Assembly (NCBI GenBank): GCA_045601325.1 | Contig: JAZRZI010000021.1 | Span: forward strand, 38,191 to 102,190 | Length of the DNA: 64,000 nt | Direction: 5' to 3' | Source of the DNA: Bacilli bacterium | Lineage (GTDB): Bacteria > Bacillota_I > Bacilli_A > RFN20 > CAG-826 | In this document: one piece after another, positions 27,807 to 38,047 of the stretch | Numbering within the stretch: the stretch's first letter is position 1 | Layout: every line of letters begins with the position of its first letter | Notes under the pieces: model-generated | Told to the model about the DNA's origin: nothing | The model's database searches: none | The model's input: only the letters and a program-made list of their open reading frames with translations | Position numbers and translations under genes: made by a program

Positions 27807-30035
27807 CTAATGGATAATTCTTGTTATCTTATAAATACCTGTAACACTTCTTAGAACATTACAAATATCATTCAATCTTTTTGCATCACTTATCATAATG
27901 GTCATCGCAAATGTAGCAGTTAAATTGCTATTATTTAATTTAGCGTGAATTGAGTTCACAGTAACTTTATTAGACGTTAAAGTCATCATGATATCAGTTA
28001 ATAGATTAGGTCTATCACTGCCCTCAACTACCATATCAACTGGGTAAGTTGCAAATTCTAAATCATTTCTCCAGAACACTTCTACTAAACGTTCTTTTTC
28101 ATTAGCAACATTTGGACAGTTTTTGCGATGAACAGTGATTCCTTTACCTTTGGTAATGTAGCCAACTATATCATCGCCCGGAATAGGTGTGCAACAATTT
28201 GCAAGAGAAATCGCAATAGAGCCAACACCTTTACAATAAACTGGACACTGGGATCCAGATTTTGTTTTAACACGACCACCAACAGGAATTTCTATTGGTC
28301 TTTTAATTCTTAAGAATTCAATGATTGCACTAGCTGTAGGCTTTCTTCCAGCTACAGCAACAAACAAATCGTCTATGGTTGAACAACTAAAATTGTCTAA
28401 TGTTTTTTGATCGGAAAGATACGCAATCATTTCTTCTTCGGAAACACTTCGATCTGCAAATGCATCCAAACACGATTGCTTGCCTTTTGCGATTTTTTCT
28501 TCTCTAATCATATCGGCGTTCTTTTTAGCTAAGAACTTTTTAATGTGAGATTTAGTAGTCGATGAACACACAAAATCTAACCAGCCTTCGCTAGGTCCGT
28601 TTGATGTTTTTGAAGTTTTGATTTCCACCATATCACCTGTTTTTAAAATAGTGTTTAGTGGCACCATCACACCGTTAACTAATGCACCAACTGTGCTATC
28701 GCCAACTTTAGTATGTATTCTATAAGCAAAGTCAACTGGTGTACTTCCATTTGGAAGTTCAATAACCTTACCTTTTGGAGTGAAGATATAAACGTTAGCT
28801 TCGAAAATATCTTTTGATATGTTGCTCATAAACTCAGTAGCATTTTCTTCTGAATTTTCAGATGAAATAGAAACAAAATCTCTGAACCAGTGCAATTTAT
28901 TTTCGATTTCTTGTTGTTCGGCTTTAGCGTTATAAGAACCTTCTTTATATGCCCAGTGAGCAGCAATGCCGGTTTCAGCAATTTGATCCATTTCTTTAGT
29001 TCTAATTTGTACTTCATAGAAGTTTCCATCACCAGAAACTATTGTTGTATGTAAAGATTGGTACATATTTGGTTTAGGCATCGCAATATAATCCTTGAAT
29101 CTACCAGGAACAGGTTTGTAAAGTTTGTGAATTAAACCGAGAATTTCATAACATTGAATTTCTGTATCTGTAATAATTCTAAGCGCTAAGATATCATATA
29201 TTTCTTCGAAAGGATGCCCTTTCACATACATTTTTCTATAAATAGAATTAATAGATTTGACACGAGAAGAAATTTCAAATTCAATATTGTGTTCAAATAG
29301 ATAATCAGCAATTCTCTTTTTGATGTTATCCAAAGACTTGCCCATTGTTTTAGCCTTTTTGGAGAGAAGCTTTTTAATATCATTAAATTTTTCTGGTTCC
29401 AAATACTTTAAACATAAATCTTCAAGTTCGCTTTTAATGCGATCAAGACCTAATCTATGGGCAATTGGTGAGAAAACTTCCATCGTTTCTTTAGAAAGCG
29501 CTATTTGTCTTTCAACAGAAAGAGCTGCTAATGTTCTCATATTATGCAATCTATCAGCAAGTTTGATAATAATAACTCTTATATCTTTGGCCATGCCGAT
29601 AAGAATCTTTCTATGATCCTCAGCATCAAAATCCTGGGCATTAAACTTAGATAATTTTAATCTTTGAATTTTAGTTAAGGAATCTACTATTTTTGCAACC
29701 TCACTGCCCCATCTTTTTTCAATTTCATAGATTTCAACATCGGTGTCTTCAACAACATCATGCAAAAAAGCAGCACAAATTGTGTCAGGACCAGCATGTA
29801 ATTCGGCGCATATAAAAGCAACTTCAACTAAATGATGATAATAAGGCTCACCGCTTTTTCTAAGTTGACCATCGTGCTTAGAAATAATGAAATCATAAGC
29901 ACTACGAATCTTTTCTCTATCATTTACCGAAGAAATATATGATGCAAATTGATCATAAACATCATCGAATGTATGAAGTGGATATCCACCATTAACTAAA
30001 ATTTTATTTTTACTTTCCATAACAAAAAATATCAT
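27807..30035 (-). CDS. relA: Bifunctional (p)ppGpp synthetase/hydrolase Rel (RelA/SpoT family)
   Basis: 742 aa; HD hydrolase motif (HDVVEDT), synthetase domain, TGS and ACT domains. Confidence 0.85.
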   Translation of the reverse strand: MIFFVMESKNKILVNGGYPLHTFDDVYDQFASYISSVNDREKIRSAYDFIISKHDGQLRKSGEPYYHHLVEVAFICAELHAGPDTICAAFLHDVVEDTDVEIYEIEKRWGSEVAKIVDSLTKIQRLKLSKFNAQDFDAEDHRKILIGMAKDIRVIIIKLADRLHNMRTLAALSVERQIALSKETMEVFSPIAHRLGLDRIKSELEDLCLKYLEPEKFNDIKKLLSKKAKTMGKSLDNIKKRIADYLFEHNIEFEISSRVKSINSIYRKMYVKGHPFEEIYDILALRIITDTEIQCYEILGLIHKLYKPVPGRFKDYIAMPKPNMYQSLHTTIVSGDGNFYEVQIRTKEMDQIAETGIAAHWAYKEGSYNAKAEQQEIENKLHWFRDFVSISSENSEENATEFMSNISKDIFEANVYIFTPKGKVIELPNGSTPVDFAYRIHTKVGDSTVGALVNGVMVPLNTILKTGDMVEIKTSKTSNGPSEGWLDFVCSSTTKSHIKKFLAKKNADMIREEKIAKGKQSCLDAFADRSVSEEEMIAYLSDQKTLDNFSCSTIDDLFVAVAGRKPTASAIIEFLRIKRPIEIPVGGRVKTKSGSQCPVYCKGVGSIAISLANCCTPIPGDDIVGYITKGKGITVHRKNCPNVANEKERLVEVFWRNDLEFATYPVDMVVEGSDRPNLLTDIMMTLTSNKVTVNSIHAKLNNSNLTATFAMTIMISDAKRLNDICNVLRSVTGIYKITRIIH

Positions 30036-30106
30036 ATACTCTTTTCTTTATTTTTTAAAGAAATATGAAATATACGGTATCAATTAAAGACTAAGAAATG
30101 TCTTTT

Positions 30107-31873
30107 TTAATTATTCTCGAATTGCAATTTATAGAGTTTGTAGTAATATCCTCTATTTTTTAATAGAGTTTGATGATTTCCTTTTTCCACTATTTCGCCA
30201 TGTTGTAAAACAATAATCTGGTCGGACTTTTGTATAGTTGATAGCCTATGCGCAACGACAAGCATTGTACCAATGGATTTCATTTTTTCCAAAGATTCTT
30301 GAATCAGAACTTCGGTCTCGGTATCAATGTTAGCGGTCGCTTCATCGAGAATTAATATTTGTGGTTGATGTAAAACAGTTCTAGCAAATGAAAGCAATTG
30401 TCTTTGGCCTTGAGAGAAGTTTTCACCTCTTTCAATAACTTCCTCTTCTAATCCTTTATCGCTTCTATTTATAAAAGTGTCTGCATTAACGTATCTACAT
30501 GCTTCATTAATTTCATCATCGTTAAACGATTCGTCATGTAGGGTAATATTAGAACGTAATGTTCCCGAGAATAAGAAGACATCTTGCAGCATTTGTCCAA
30601 TTGCTTTTCTTAAGTATTCAACTTTAATTTTTGAAATGTCGATATCGTCAATTAAAATTTGTCCTTTTTGTATTTCATAATTTCTCACTATAAGGCTTAA
30701 AATTGTTGTTTTACCCGCACCTGTTGCGCCAACAAAAGCACATGTCTCTTTTGGATTAATAACAAAGGAAACATCTTTAAGAATCCAATGCTCTCCTTTG
30801 TATGCAAACCAAACATTTCTAAATTCTATCTTTCCTTCAAAATGATCTATTTCAATTGCGTCATCTTTATCAAGAACATCAGGTTTAACATCCAACAAGT
30901 TGAATAAACGTTCTGAAGCCGTCATAGCCTTTTGGATATTATTGAGTTGGTCAGCAATATTTTGAACAGGGTTAAAGAATTTAGAAAGATACATATAAAT
31001 CTCTAATACTTCACCACTCGTGTTGCCATATTTATATCCTAGGTAGAAGGTCAATGCCATTGCGCCATAGTAAATTAAACTAATTAAAGGACGATAAATG
31101 CCAAAGGCAAGAGTTACTGAATAACGAGCTTTTCTCAATCTGTTATTCTTCTCCATAAACTCTTCATCTTTGCGTTTTTGTTGGTTGAAAATTTGAATAA
31201 TCTTCATGCCGGAAAGATTTTCACTTAAGAAAGTATTGATATCGGAAACATAAGTTCTTTCTTTTCTAAATATTTTTGTTACTATCGAACGGAAAACTAA
31301 AGAAATTGCAAGAACAACAGCCACGAAAATAAGCATAAATAAAGCAATTTTCCACGATAGAATAGAAAGTAATATATATGTTCCAACAAGTGTAAGGACA
31401 TTAGTGGCTAAATTAACCAAAACATTTGTAAATAAATCACTCATCGAGGCGGTGTAATTAGTAACTCTAGTAACTAGCGAACCAACAGGCATGTCGTTAA
31501 ATTGGTTCAAAGACATATTTTCAATGTGCTCAAATACTTCCATACGAACATTGTAAATAATCTTTTGACCAGTTTTTTGAAGAATCATAGATTCTAAATA
31601 CAAGAACAATTGACCAACAATTGTTATTCCAAGATATCCACCGGAAAGCATTAAAATGAAGGTTAAGTTAATCTTTTCAGGACCACTTTGCAAGTTATCA
31701 GTAATCATACCTACAACCTTAGGGCCAACTATGTTAAAGGCAACATTTGCAAGCATTAAAATGAAGGCAAAAATAAATTTGCCCATTTCTGGTTTGATAT
31801 ACTTAAAGACACGTTTAACCATTTGCTTAAAAGGAATTTTAACATCGCCTTTTAACTTATCTATATCTTCCAT
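30107..31873 (-). CDS. ABC exporter fused permease/ATPase subunit, the partner with a degenerate signature motif
   Basis: 588 aa; six TM helices plus an NBD; Walker A GATGAGKTT; Walker B ILDEAT; signature degenerate (FSQGQRQL). Confidence 0.8.
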   Translation of the reverse strand: MEDIDKLKGDVKIPFKQMVKRVFKYIKPEMGKFIFAFILMLANVAFNIVGPKVVGMITDNLQSGPEKINLTFILMLSGGYLGITIVGQLFLYLESMILQKTGQKIIYNVRMEVFEHIENMSLNQFNDMPVGSLVTRVTNYTASMSDLFTNVLVNLATNVLTLVGTYILLSILSWKIALFMLIFVAVVLAISLVFRSIVTKIFRKERTYVSDINTFLSENLSGMKIIQIFNQQKRKDEEFMEKNNRLRKARYSVTLAFGIYRPLISLIYYGAMALTFYLGYKYGNTSGEVLEIYMYLSKFFNPVQNIADQLNNIQKAMTASERLFNLLDVKPDVLDKDDAIEIDHFEGKIEFRNVWFAYKGEHWILKDVSFVINPKETCAFVGATGAGKTTILSLIVRNYEIQKGQILIDDIDISKIKVEYLRKAIGQMLQDVFLFSGTLRSNITLHDESFNDDEINEACRYVNADTFINRSDKGLEEEVIERGENFSQGQRQLLSFARTVLHQPQILILDEATANIDTETEVLIQESLEKMKSIGTMLVVAHRLSTIQKSDQIIVLQHGEIVEKGNHQTLLKNRGYYYKLYKLQFENN

Positions 31874-33663
31874 TAGTTGCCTCCTTCCACTTCTTTTTCT
31901 AATTGTTGTAAATAAACCATCTTCTTATATGTTTCAGATGATTTTAATAAGTTTTCATGGGTGTCAAAAGCTTCAACATATCCTTGATTCAAAACAATGA
32001 TGCGATCCATCTTTGAAATTGTTGAAACACGTGAAGCAATTACAATAGTTGTTTTGCCTGCACGTTTTTCATTTATATTTTTCAAAACTTGTTCTTCCGT
32101 CTTAACATCAACTGCGCTAACAGAATCATCAAGAATCATAATAGGAGCGTCTTTAATAAAGGCGCGTGCAATAGAAACACGTTGTTTTTGGCCACCTGAG
32201 AGAGTTACACCACGTTCTCCAGTTACTGTTTCATATTTATCTTTAAAACCTTCGATATCGTCTTTAACGCACGCGAAATCAGCGGCATCAATAATCTCGT
32301 TATCTTTTAAATCGCAGTTTGAAAAAGCAATATTGTTTTTAATCGTGTCAGAGAATAAGAAATTATCTTGTGGAACATAAGCAATATTCTCTCTAACTGA
32401 GTTTATGTCTAAAGACATAATATCTTTTCCATCAATAAAAATCGTGTTTTCATCGACATTATAAAGTCTTAATAAAACATTAACTAACGATGTTTTTCCA
32501 CTACCAATTTTTCCTACAATACCAATCTTTTCTCCAGCATTAATCTTAAGATTAATATCATGCAAGCCACAGAATTTTTTAGTTTTATAGAAAAATGAGA
32601 AATTCTTAATTTCTATTTCTCCTTTACAATCCTCTAACATTATTGCGTTTTCTGGATTTTTAATATCTTCAGGCTGATGCAAGAAATCTGTAATACGTTT
32701 TAAGGAGGCCTTTCCTCTTGAACGCATATTAATAATTTGACCCATCGCAATAAGAGGCCAAACAAGCGAATCAAAATAACCAATAAATTCGACAAGCATT
32801 TCAGGTTTTAAATTAAATTTATAGCCAAACAAGATTGCGCTTTCGGATGTAATAGATTGATAGACAAAGTAGCCACCTAAGCCCAAAATCAAACAGCAGA
32901 TGAGTCCGCATAAAATTTCGATAAGAACATCAAAAATAACCGCTACTCTTACGAAATCAATATTCACATCTTTATTCTTTCTAGCTACTTTAGCAAAAGC
33001 GTGAATTTCTTTGTTTTCTTTAACGAAAGCCTTAATAACTCTAATACCAGTAAAGTTTTCTTGTGAGAAATCATACAAGGAATCGAATGCTTGTTGTCTT
33101 AATTCCCATTTTTTGGACATGAATTTTTCAGCAAGAGCGCCCCATAAAACAATAAGTAAGACAGGTATCAAAGTTACAATAGTTAATGGCAAAGTTAGTC
33201 TAAACATTTTAAACAATGTAAGTATAGTTAGGAAAATACCATCGAACAGCATTATCGTTCCCCATCCTAAATATTCTTCAACTGTTTCAATGTCGCTTGT
33301 AAACCAAGCCATGACATTACCAACCTTATTATCATGATAATAAGAAAGTGATAGTCTTTCGCTTTTTAAGAACATATCATGACGAATATCTGCTTCAATT
33401 TTGCTAGATGCTTTGAAAATAGTAAATCTCCAACACACTCTTCCTAAAAACATAGTTAAACCCACGACCAAAGTAATCCCGATTGCTTTAAGCATTTGAG
33501 ATTCAATATCTACTGGTTGCTCTTTAATGATCTTAACAATTAAAGCTAACTGTTCAGGTATTAGGAGTTGCACATAATCAACCGCAATAAGGGCGACAAT
33601 TCCTATCAAGAACAAAAACCAATATTTTAAATAATATTTTCTTAAGTATTTATTGGAAAACAT
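31873..33663 (-). CDS. ABC exporter fused permease/ATPase subunit, the partner with a degenerate Walker B
   Basis: 596 aa; Walker A GKIGSGKTS; signature LSGGQKQR; Walker B ILDDSVS, with Asp in place of the catalytic Glu. Shares 1 nt with the downstream subunit. Heterodimeric exporter architecture like LmrCD/BmrCD. Confidence 0.8.
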   Translation of the reverse strand: MFSNKYLRKYYLKYWFLFLIGIVALIAVDYVQLLIPEQLALIVKIIKEQPVDIESQMLKAIGITLVVGLTMFLGRVCWRFTIFKASSKIEADIRHDMFLKSERLSLSYYHDNKVGNVMAWFTSDIETVEEYLGWGTIMLFDGIFLTILTLFKMFRLTLPLTIVTLIPVLLIVLWGALAEKFMSKKWELRQQAFDSLYDFSQENFTGIRVIKAFVKENKEIHAFAKVARKNKDVNIDFVRVAVIFDVLIEILCGLICCLILGLGGYFVYQSITSESAILFGYKFNLKPEMLVEFIGYFDSLVWPLIAMGQIINMRSRGKASLKRITDFLHQPEDIKNPENAIMLEDCKGEIEIKNFSFFYKTKKFCGLHDINLKINAGEKIGIVGKIGSGKTSLVNVLLRLYNVDENTIFIDGKDIMSLDINSVRENIAYVPQDNFLFSDTIKNNIAFSNCDLKDNEIIDAADFACVKDDIEGFKDKYETVTGERGVTLSGGQKQRVSIARAFIKDAPIMILDDSVSAVDVKTEEQVLKNINEKRAGKTTIVIASRVSTISKMDRIIVLNQGYVEAFDTHENLLKSSETYKKMVYLQQLEKEVEGGN

Positions 33664-33666
33664 AAT

Positions 33667-35232
33667 CTATTGCTCGCTTTTAGAAAGAGTTTTAATTAAA
33701 AACTCAGTTGTGTTATATCCTTTGTATGAATTGATTCTTAAATTACCTGTAATATCAATAAATTGATATTGAGAAACATATTCTTTGCTAAAATTAAATC
33801 CTGTTATTCTACTTGATTGACCAATAGGTGACAAAATGTGTTCATTGGTTTTTGAATAACGTAAGGAATATGTATTAATGTGTTCGATAAGCAATAATGG
33901 AGTAGGCCAATTTTCACCAAATGGCGAAAATGATTTAATCAAATTGTAGTTGTCTAAAGAAATATCGATTAAACCAAAAGGAATAGTCTTCTTAATAGGC
34001 TTTACAATTGGATGGCTAGCGCAATATTCTTCGAACATAGAGTAGAATTTATCGAATTGATCGACAGATACTGTGCATCCACCCGCTAATGCATGACCAC
34101 CAAAGGCGGATAATGTATCTTTAATTTCGTTGAATGCATCAACAACATTAAAACCTTCAGGAGCGCGGCAAGAACCTTTGTAAGAAGTACCAGAGTTATC
34201 TAAAGTTAAAACAATAGTAGGGATTTGATACTTTGAACAAATGTGATTTGCTACAAGACCTAATAGGCCTTCTTTGATATCAGTTTTATAAATAACAAAT
34301 TTTTGTTTTGAATCTATTTCGGGAACAGATTCAATGCATTCCTTTGATATATTTTTACGTTCTTCATTGATATTATTTAGCCAATCTATGTAGTTTAATA
34401 TTTTTTCTCTGTTTTCTGACACGAATAATTGAACAACATTATTTACTTCGGTGTTTTCTATTAAACGTCCGACAGCATTTATTTTCGGAGCTATTTTCAT
34501 GCCAATTGTAGTTTCGTTATAAGGTTCGTCTTCTTTCAATAAGTCAAATTGCAAAAACTCACCATTGACATAATTTCCAAAGACAAGTCTTAAAAGATTT
34601 CTGTTATAGAGTTTAAGAGGCATCATATCTGAAACAATAGAAACGGAGGCTAGTGTTGATAAATATTTATCAAACCTTCCTAAAAATTCTAAAGAGAAAA
34701 TGAAAGCAACCATCGCTCCACTGGTTGAAATTTCTCCCAAATTTGAAACGGTTGGATGAAGTATCTTATCAGCATATGGTAATGTTTCTTGAGTGCTATG
34801 ATGGTCTAAAATCACCACATTTACACCATGATCTTTTAAATATTTGATTGGTTCAAATGCTGAAATGCCGTTATCAACAGTAATAACTAATCCATATCCT
34901 TTTTCTACAATTTCAATTGATTTATTGAGGGTTAAACCATATCCATCGAGATATCTACTTGGAATATAATAATCAACGTGAACATTAATATAGGAAAACA
35001 TCTTGACCAAAATCGATGTTCCCATAATGCCATCAGCATCATAGTCTCCATAGATAAATATCTTTTTATTTTGATCGATAGCGTTCTTTACAAAACCGCT
35101 AACATCTTTAACGTTTGAAAAATTATGGCCTTCTAAAAAGTTATTTTCATCGACATTAAAGTTGATACTCTTATAAGTATTTTCATCGATTTCATAAAAT
35201 TCAAGTAAACGTTCGAATAATGTCTTAGCCAT
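33667..35232 (-). CDS. recJ: RecJ-like DHH/DHHA1 single-stranded-DNA exonuclease (short form, 521 aa)
   Basis: DHH motif (YGDYDADGIMG, DHH) and DHHA1 (GGHALAGG). Position matches secDF-recJ-relA in B. subtilis. Lacks the C-terminal extension of about 250 aa found in full-length RecJ. Confidence 0.65.
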   Translation of the reverse strand: MAKTLFERLLEFYEIDENTYKSINFNVDENNFLEGHNFSNVKDVSGFVKNAIDQNKKIFIYGDYDADGIMGTSILVKMFSYINVHVDYYIPSRYLDGYGLTLNKSIEIVEKGYGLVITVDNGISAFEPIKYLKDHGVNVVILDHHSTQETLPYADKILHPTVSNLGEISTSGAMVAFIFSLEFLGRFDKYLSTLASVSIVSDMMPLKLYNRNLLRLVFGNYVNGEFLQFDLLKEDEPYNETTIGMKIAPKINAVGRLIENTEVNNVVQLFVSENREKILNYIDWLNNINEERKNISKECIESVPEIDSKQKFVIYKTDIKEGLLGLVANHICSKYQIPTIVLTLDNSGTSYKGSCRAPEGFNVVDAFNEIKDTLSAFGGHALAGGCTVSVDQFDKFYSMFEEYCASHPIVKPIKKTIPFGLIDISLDNYNLIKSFSPFGENWPTPLLLIEHINTYSLRYSKTNEHILSPIGQSSRITGFNFSKEYVSQYQFIDITGNLRINSYKGYNTTEFLIKTLSKSEQ

Positions 35233-35239
35233 AGTTATT

Positions 35240-35263
35240 TAAAAGGCTACCTGAAGGTAGCCA
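35240..35263 (-). terminator. Hairpin with a short U-run between secDF and recJ (attenuator or weak terminator)
   Basis: GGCTACC-TTCA-GGTAGCC followed by TTTTAAATAACT, then the recJ ATG. Confidence 0.4.
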
Positions 35264-35269
35264 TATCAA

Positions 35270-37918
35270 TTAGTCGTTAATACCAATGAACACTGCTTCT
35301 TCAGGTTCAGCTGATTTTTGTGTACTAATATTTTTGTTTCCTTTTGATTTTTTCTTCTTAGGAGTTCCTTTACGTTTGAACAATTTAAAGAAGAATTGAG
35401 CGATAGGCATCAACAATGTACGGATCATAAAGAAGATGACTGGGCAACCTACAGCAATTGTTGCAAATAAAGAGGATGACATATATGTTGCATTAGTCAT
35501 AGCGAAGAATAATACGCCAAGAATGAACATACATACAGAGAGATCTTTTAATGTATCACTTGATGATGCTGTTGATTTTATAGAAAGTTCATTTCTAGCT
35601 TCAACACTATTGTCTCTGTTCTTGGTTTCGTAGAACATTTCTTTATCTCTATTTGCAATAACAATTGAAACGATTAAAGAGAATAAAGCGAATAACGGGA
35701 AGCAAGCAAGGGCCATTTGAGTTACTGGCAATCTTGTTAAACAAACAACGCCAAGAATAATTGTTGGAGCAACCACAGAAAGAGCAAGAGTTGCTAAACC
35801 ACGAGATAATCCATATCTTAATGAGAGATAAACAACCGTAATTGCAATAGCAACTGCTGTGCCTAAAACGATTGGTCCGATTTTAATAGAAGCAGTGATG
35901 TCTTTATAAACTCTTGATGTCTTTAAAGTCATTGTAGCTTTGCTATCAATATCTAATTCAGAGATTGCGGAAGATAAGACAACATTAATTTTGTCATCAA
36001 TTTCAGCTATTTCATCAGTTTTAAATGTAGCATTCCAATCTTCGGTAATATTCTTATCTAAAGTTATAACAAAGAAATAATGGTCAACGTCTTCGCTTTC
36101 AACGATTTCGCAATAACCTTGTGGGGTTGTAAATGATTCAACACACTCATTTAATGCAACGGCATTATCTTTATCACCTTCTTCATAGACCATCATATTT
36201 GAAAGAATAGATTCTCTAATGAAACTTTCTGATAAAGCTGAGTTAGATGTTGTTGTTTCAACATAAATTTGAGTTGGGTTGACATCACCTTTGCCACGAT
36301 ATGTTTGTCCACCATTTAAAGAGGTGAAAGTAATTAATCCTGCAACAGAAGCAACAAATAAGACTAAAGCAGCAATACCGGCTGGTTTCTTTTTAGCTGT
36401 GAAGTCAACATCAGCATTTTCACCAAAATAAGATTGTTTTTCTTCGTTAATGAGATTTGGAACTTTACTCTCAGTAATTCCAAAATGGGAATATTTATTA
36501 ATCATGCAAGTAGCATTTGTTAATAACCACATCATTCCTCTAAATAGTAAGAGGTTAAGAGCGATGGAAGCTAAACCACCAATGACTGTAATAGCAGCAA
36601 ATGTTCTCATTGTTGTGCCACCAAATACGTAGCTTAATGCACCAATAAGGATTAAAGCAACGTTAATGTCAACAATAGCTAAAGTAGATTTTTTAGCAGC
36701 TTCAGCATTTGCTTTCTTCAAAGTTCTACCTTTATAAGCTTCTTCTTTAAGCTTCCAGCAATAGACAACACCACTTGTAATTGATGCAAGAGCAACTGCA
36801 ATTAGGGCAACAATGCCGAACAATGAGAATTCAGCGGAGAACCAAACAACAGAGCAAGCACCTACAAATAATGACAATAAAGTATTGGTTAAGATAGTAA
36901 TACTGCCAAGTTTGAGCCATAAACCTATGAACAAAGTTATAGCAACGATAGAAAGAATAGTTGCGATAAGAACTGGTCCAACAGCAATGAAGTCACCATT
37001 AACTAAAGATTCTAATTTAGCTGGTGAAGAAATTGCTTCTTCAAAGATGTTAGTAACTTTGTAATTGAGTTCACCAGAATTGATTAAGTTAACATAGAAT
37101 CTTGCGTTAGCATAAGCTGTTTCTTTTTCTTTAACAGTGGCAACATTATCACCATTTCCATCTAAATTAATTAATGAATAAAGTTTGTTGTTGTCATTAT
37201 CTGGGAAATATTGAGATTCATCATCGGCTTCAACTCTGAATTTCATTAATAAATGTTCTTGAGCCTTAGCTTTGACCATTTCATCATCACTATTCAAAGC
37301 ATCGAATGAACAAACTTCTTCGTCGAAGTCGTACCATAAATATAAATAATAAAGAGTAGATTCATTACCTTCGCTATCAGTGGTTGTTTCGCCAGCTTCG
37401 GTTTTGTTGTCTTTTTGTGCGTCACGGGCAACGCTTAATAATTGAGAATATTCACTGGAGGAAGTATCAACAGGCAAAACAATTGCTGGATAAGTATTAA
37501 CATCATCAATAAAAGCATCTTTACCCTCTTGTATGAAAGCATCAGGTAAAATGTATGTATCATAATTAGATAAAGCTAAAGAACCATTGAATGATAAGTA
37601 AGTTGCAATTCTAGCATAATCAGAACTTGTTTCTTGGGATAAGATCAATTTGATTGTATCTTCACCTTGGATTTGAAGTTCGTATTGAGATACTTTTGCT
37701 AATTCCAATCTTCTAATCATTTCATCAGCAATTTCTTCTGCTGCGCCTTCTTCAAGTTCAGCATCTTCGTTTTCTTTATCGGAAATTCTAAATGTAATTT
37801 CACGACCATCTTGGAATTGAATGTTTGATGTAGTCTTAGCAAAAATTCCACCAAAAGATACTGCAACAAGTGCAATAGATGTCACTGCTAAGATAATGTA
37901 AGCCCATAATCTGCGCAT
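35270..37918 (-). CDS. secDF: Protein translocase SecDF fusion
   Basis: 882 aa; N-terminal signal-anchor, large extracytoplasmic domain, and two six-TM blocks. Lies downstream of ruvAB as yajC/secDF does in B. subtilis. Call rests on topology and position. Confidence 0.6.
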   Translation of the reverse strand: MRRLWAYIILAVTSIALVAVSFGGIFAKTTSNIQFQDGREITFRISDKENEDAELEEGAAEEIADEMIRRLELAKVSQYELQIQGEDTIKLILSQETSSDYARIATYLSFNGSLALSNYDTYILPDAFIQEGKDAFIDDVNTYPAIVLPVDTSSSEYSQLLSVARDAQKDNKTEAGETTTDSEGNESTLYYLYLWYDFDEEVCSFDALNSDDEMVKAKAQEHLLMKFRVEADDESQYFPDNDNNKLYSLINLDGNGDNVATVKEKETAYANARFYVNLINSGELNYKVTNIFEEAISSPAKLESLVNGDFIAVGPVLIATILSIVAITLFIGLWLKLGSITILTNTLLSLFVGACSVVWFSAEFSLFGIVALIAVALASITSGVVYCWKLKEEAYKGRTLKKANAEAAKKSTLAIVDINVALILIGALSYVFGGTTMRTFAAITVIGGLASIALNLLLFRGMMWLLTNATCMINKYSHFGITESKVPNLINEEKQSYFGENADVDFTAKKKPAGIAALVLFVASVAGLITFTSLNGGQTYRGKGDVNPTQIYVETTTSNSALSESFIRESILSNMMVYEEGDKDNAVALNECVESFTTPQGYCEIVESEDVDHYFFVITLDKNITEDWNATFKTDEIAEIDDKINVVLSSAISELDIDSKATMTLKTSRVYKDITASIKIGPIVLGTAVAIAITVVYLSLRYGLSRGLATLALSVVAPTIILGVVCLTRLPVTQMALACFPLFALFSLIVSIVIANRDKEMFYETKNRDNSVEARNELSIKSTASSSDTLKDLSVCMFILGVLFFAMTNATYMSSSLFATIAVGCPVIFFMIRTLLMPIAQFFFKLFKRKGTPKKKKSKGNKNISTQKSAEPEEAVFIGIND

Positions 37919-38017
37919 AATCTTTCCTCCTATGCGTATAAAAACACACGCGCAATACGCGTCTATGTATAAGACTACTACAAAGTCATTATTATTTCAA
38001 TAATAATATTAAATAAA

Positions 38018-38046
38018 CAAATAAAAAGCTTCGGTTAACCGAAGCA
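38018..38046 (-). terminator. Intrinsic terminator after ruvB
   Basis: Perfect palindrome GCTTCGG-TTAA-CCGAAGC followed by TTTTTATTTG on the minus strand. Confidence 0.6.
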
Positions 38047-38047
38047 A

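Noticed and set aside
37934-37960. Inverted repeat GCGTAT-N15-ATACGC just upstream of the secDF RBS
   Set aside because: It is only 6 bp with a long spacer in a region that is GC-richer than its surroundings. That is too weak to call an operator without conservation data.
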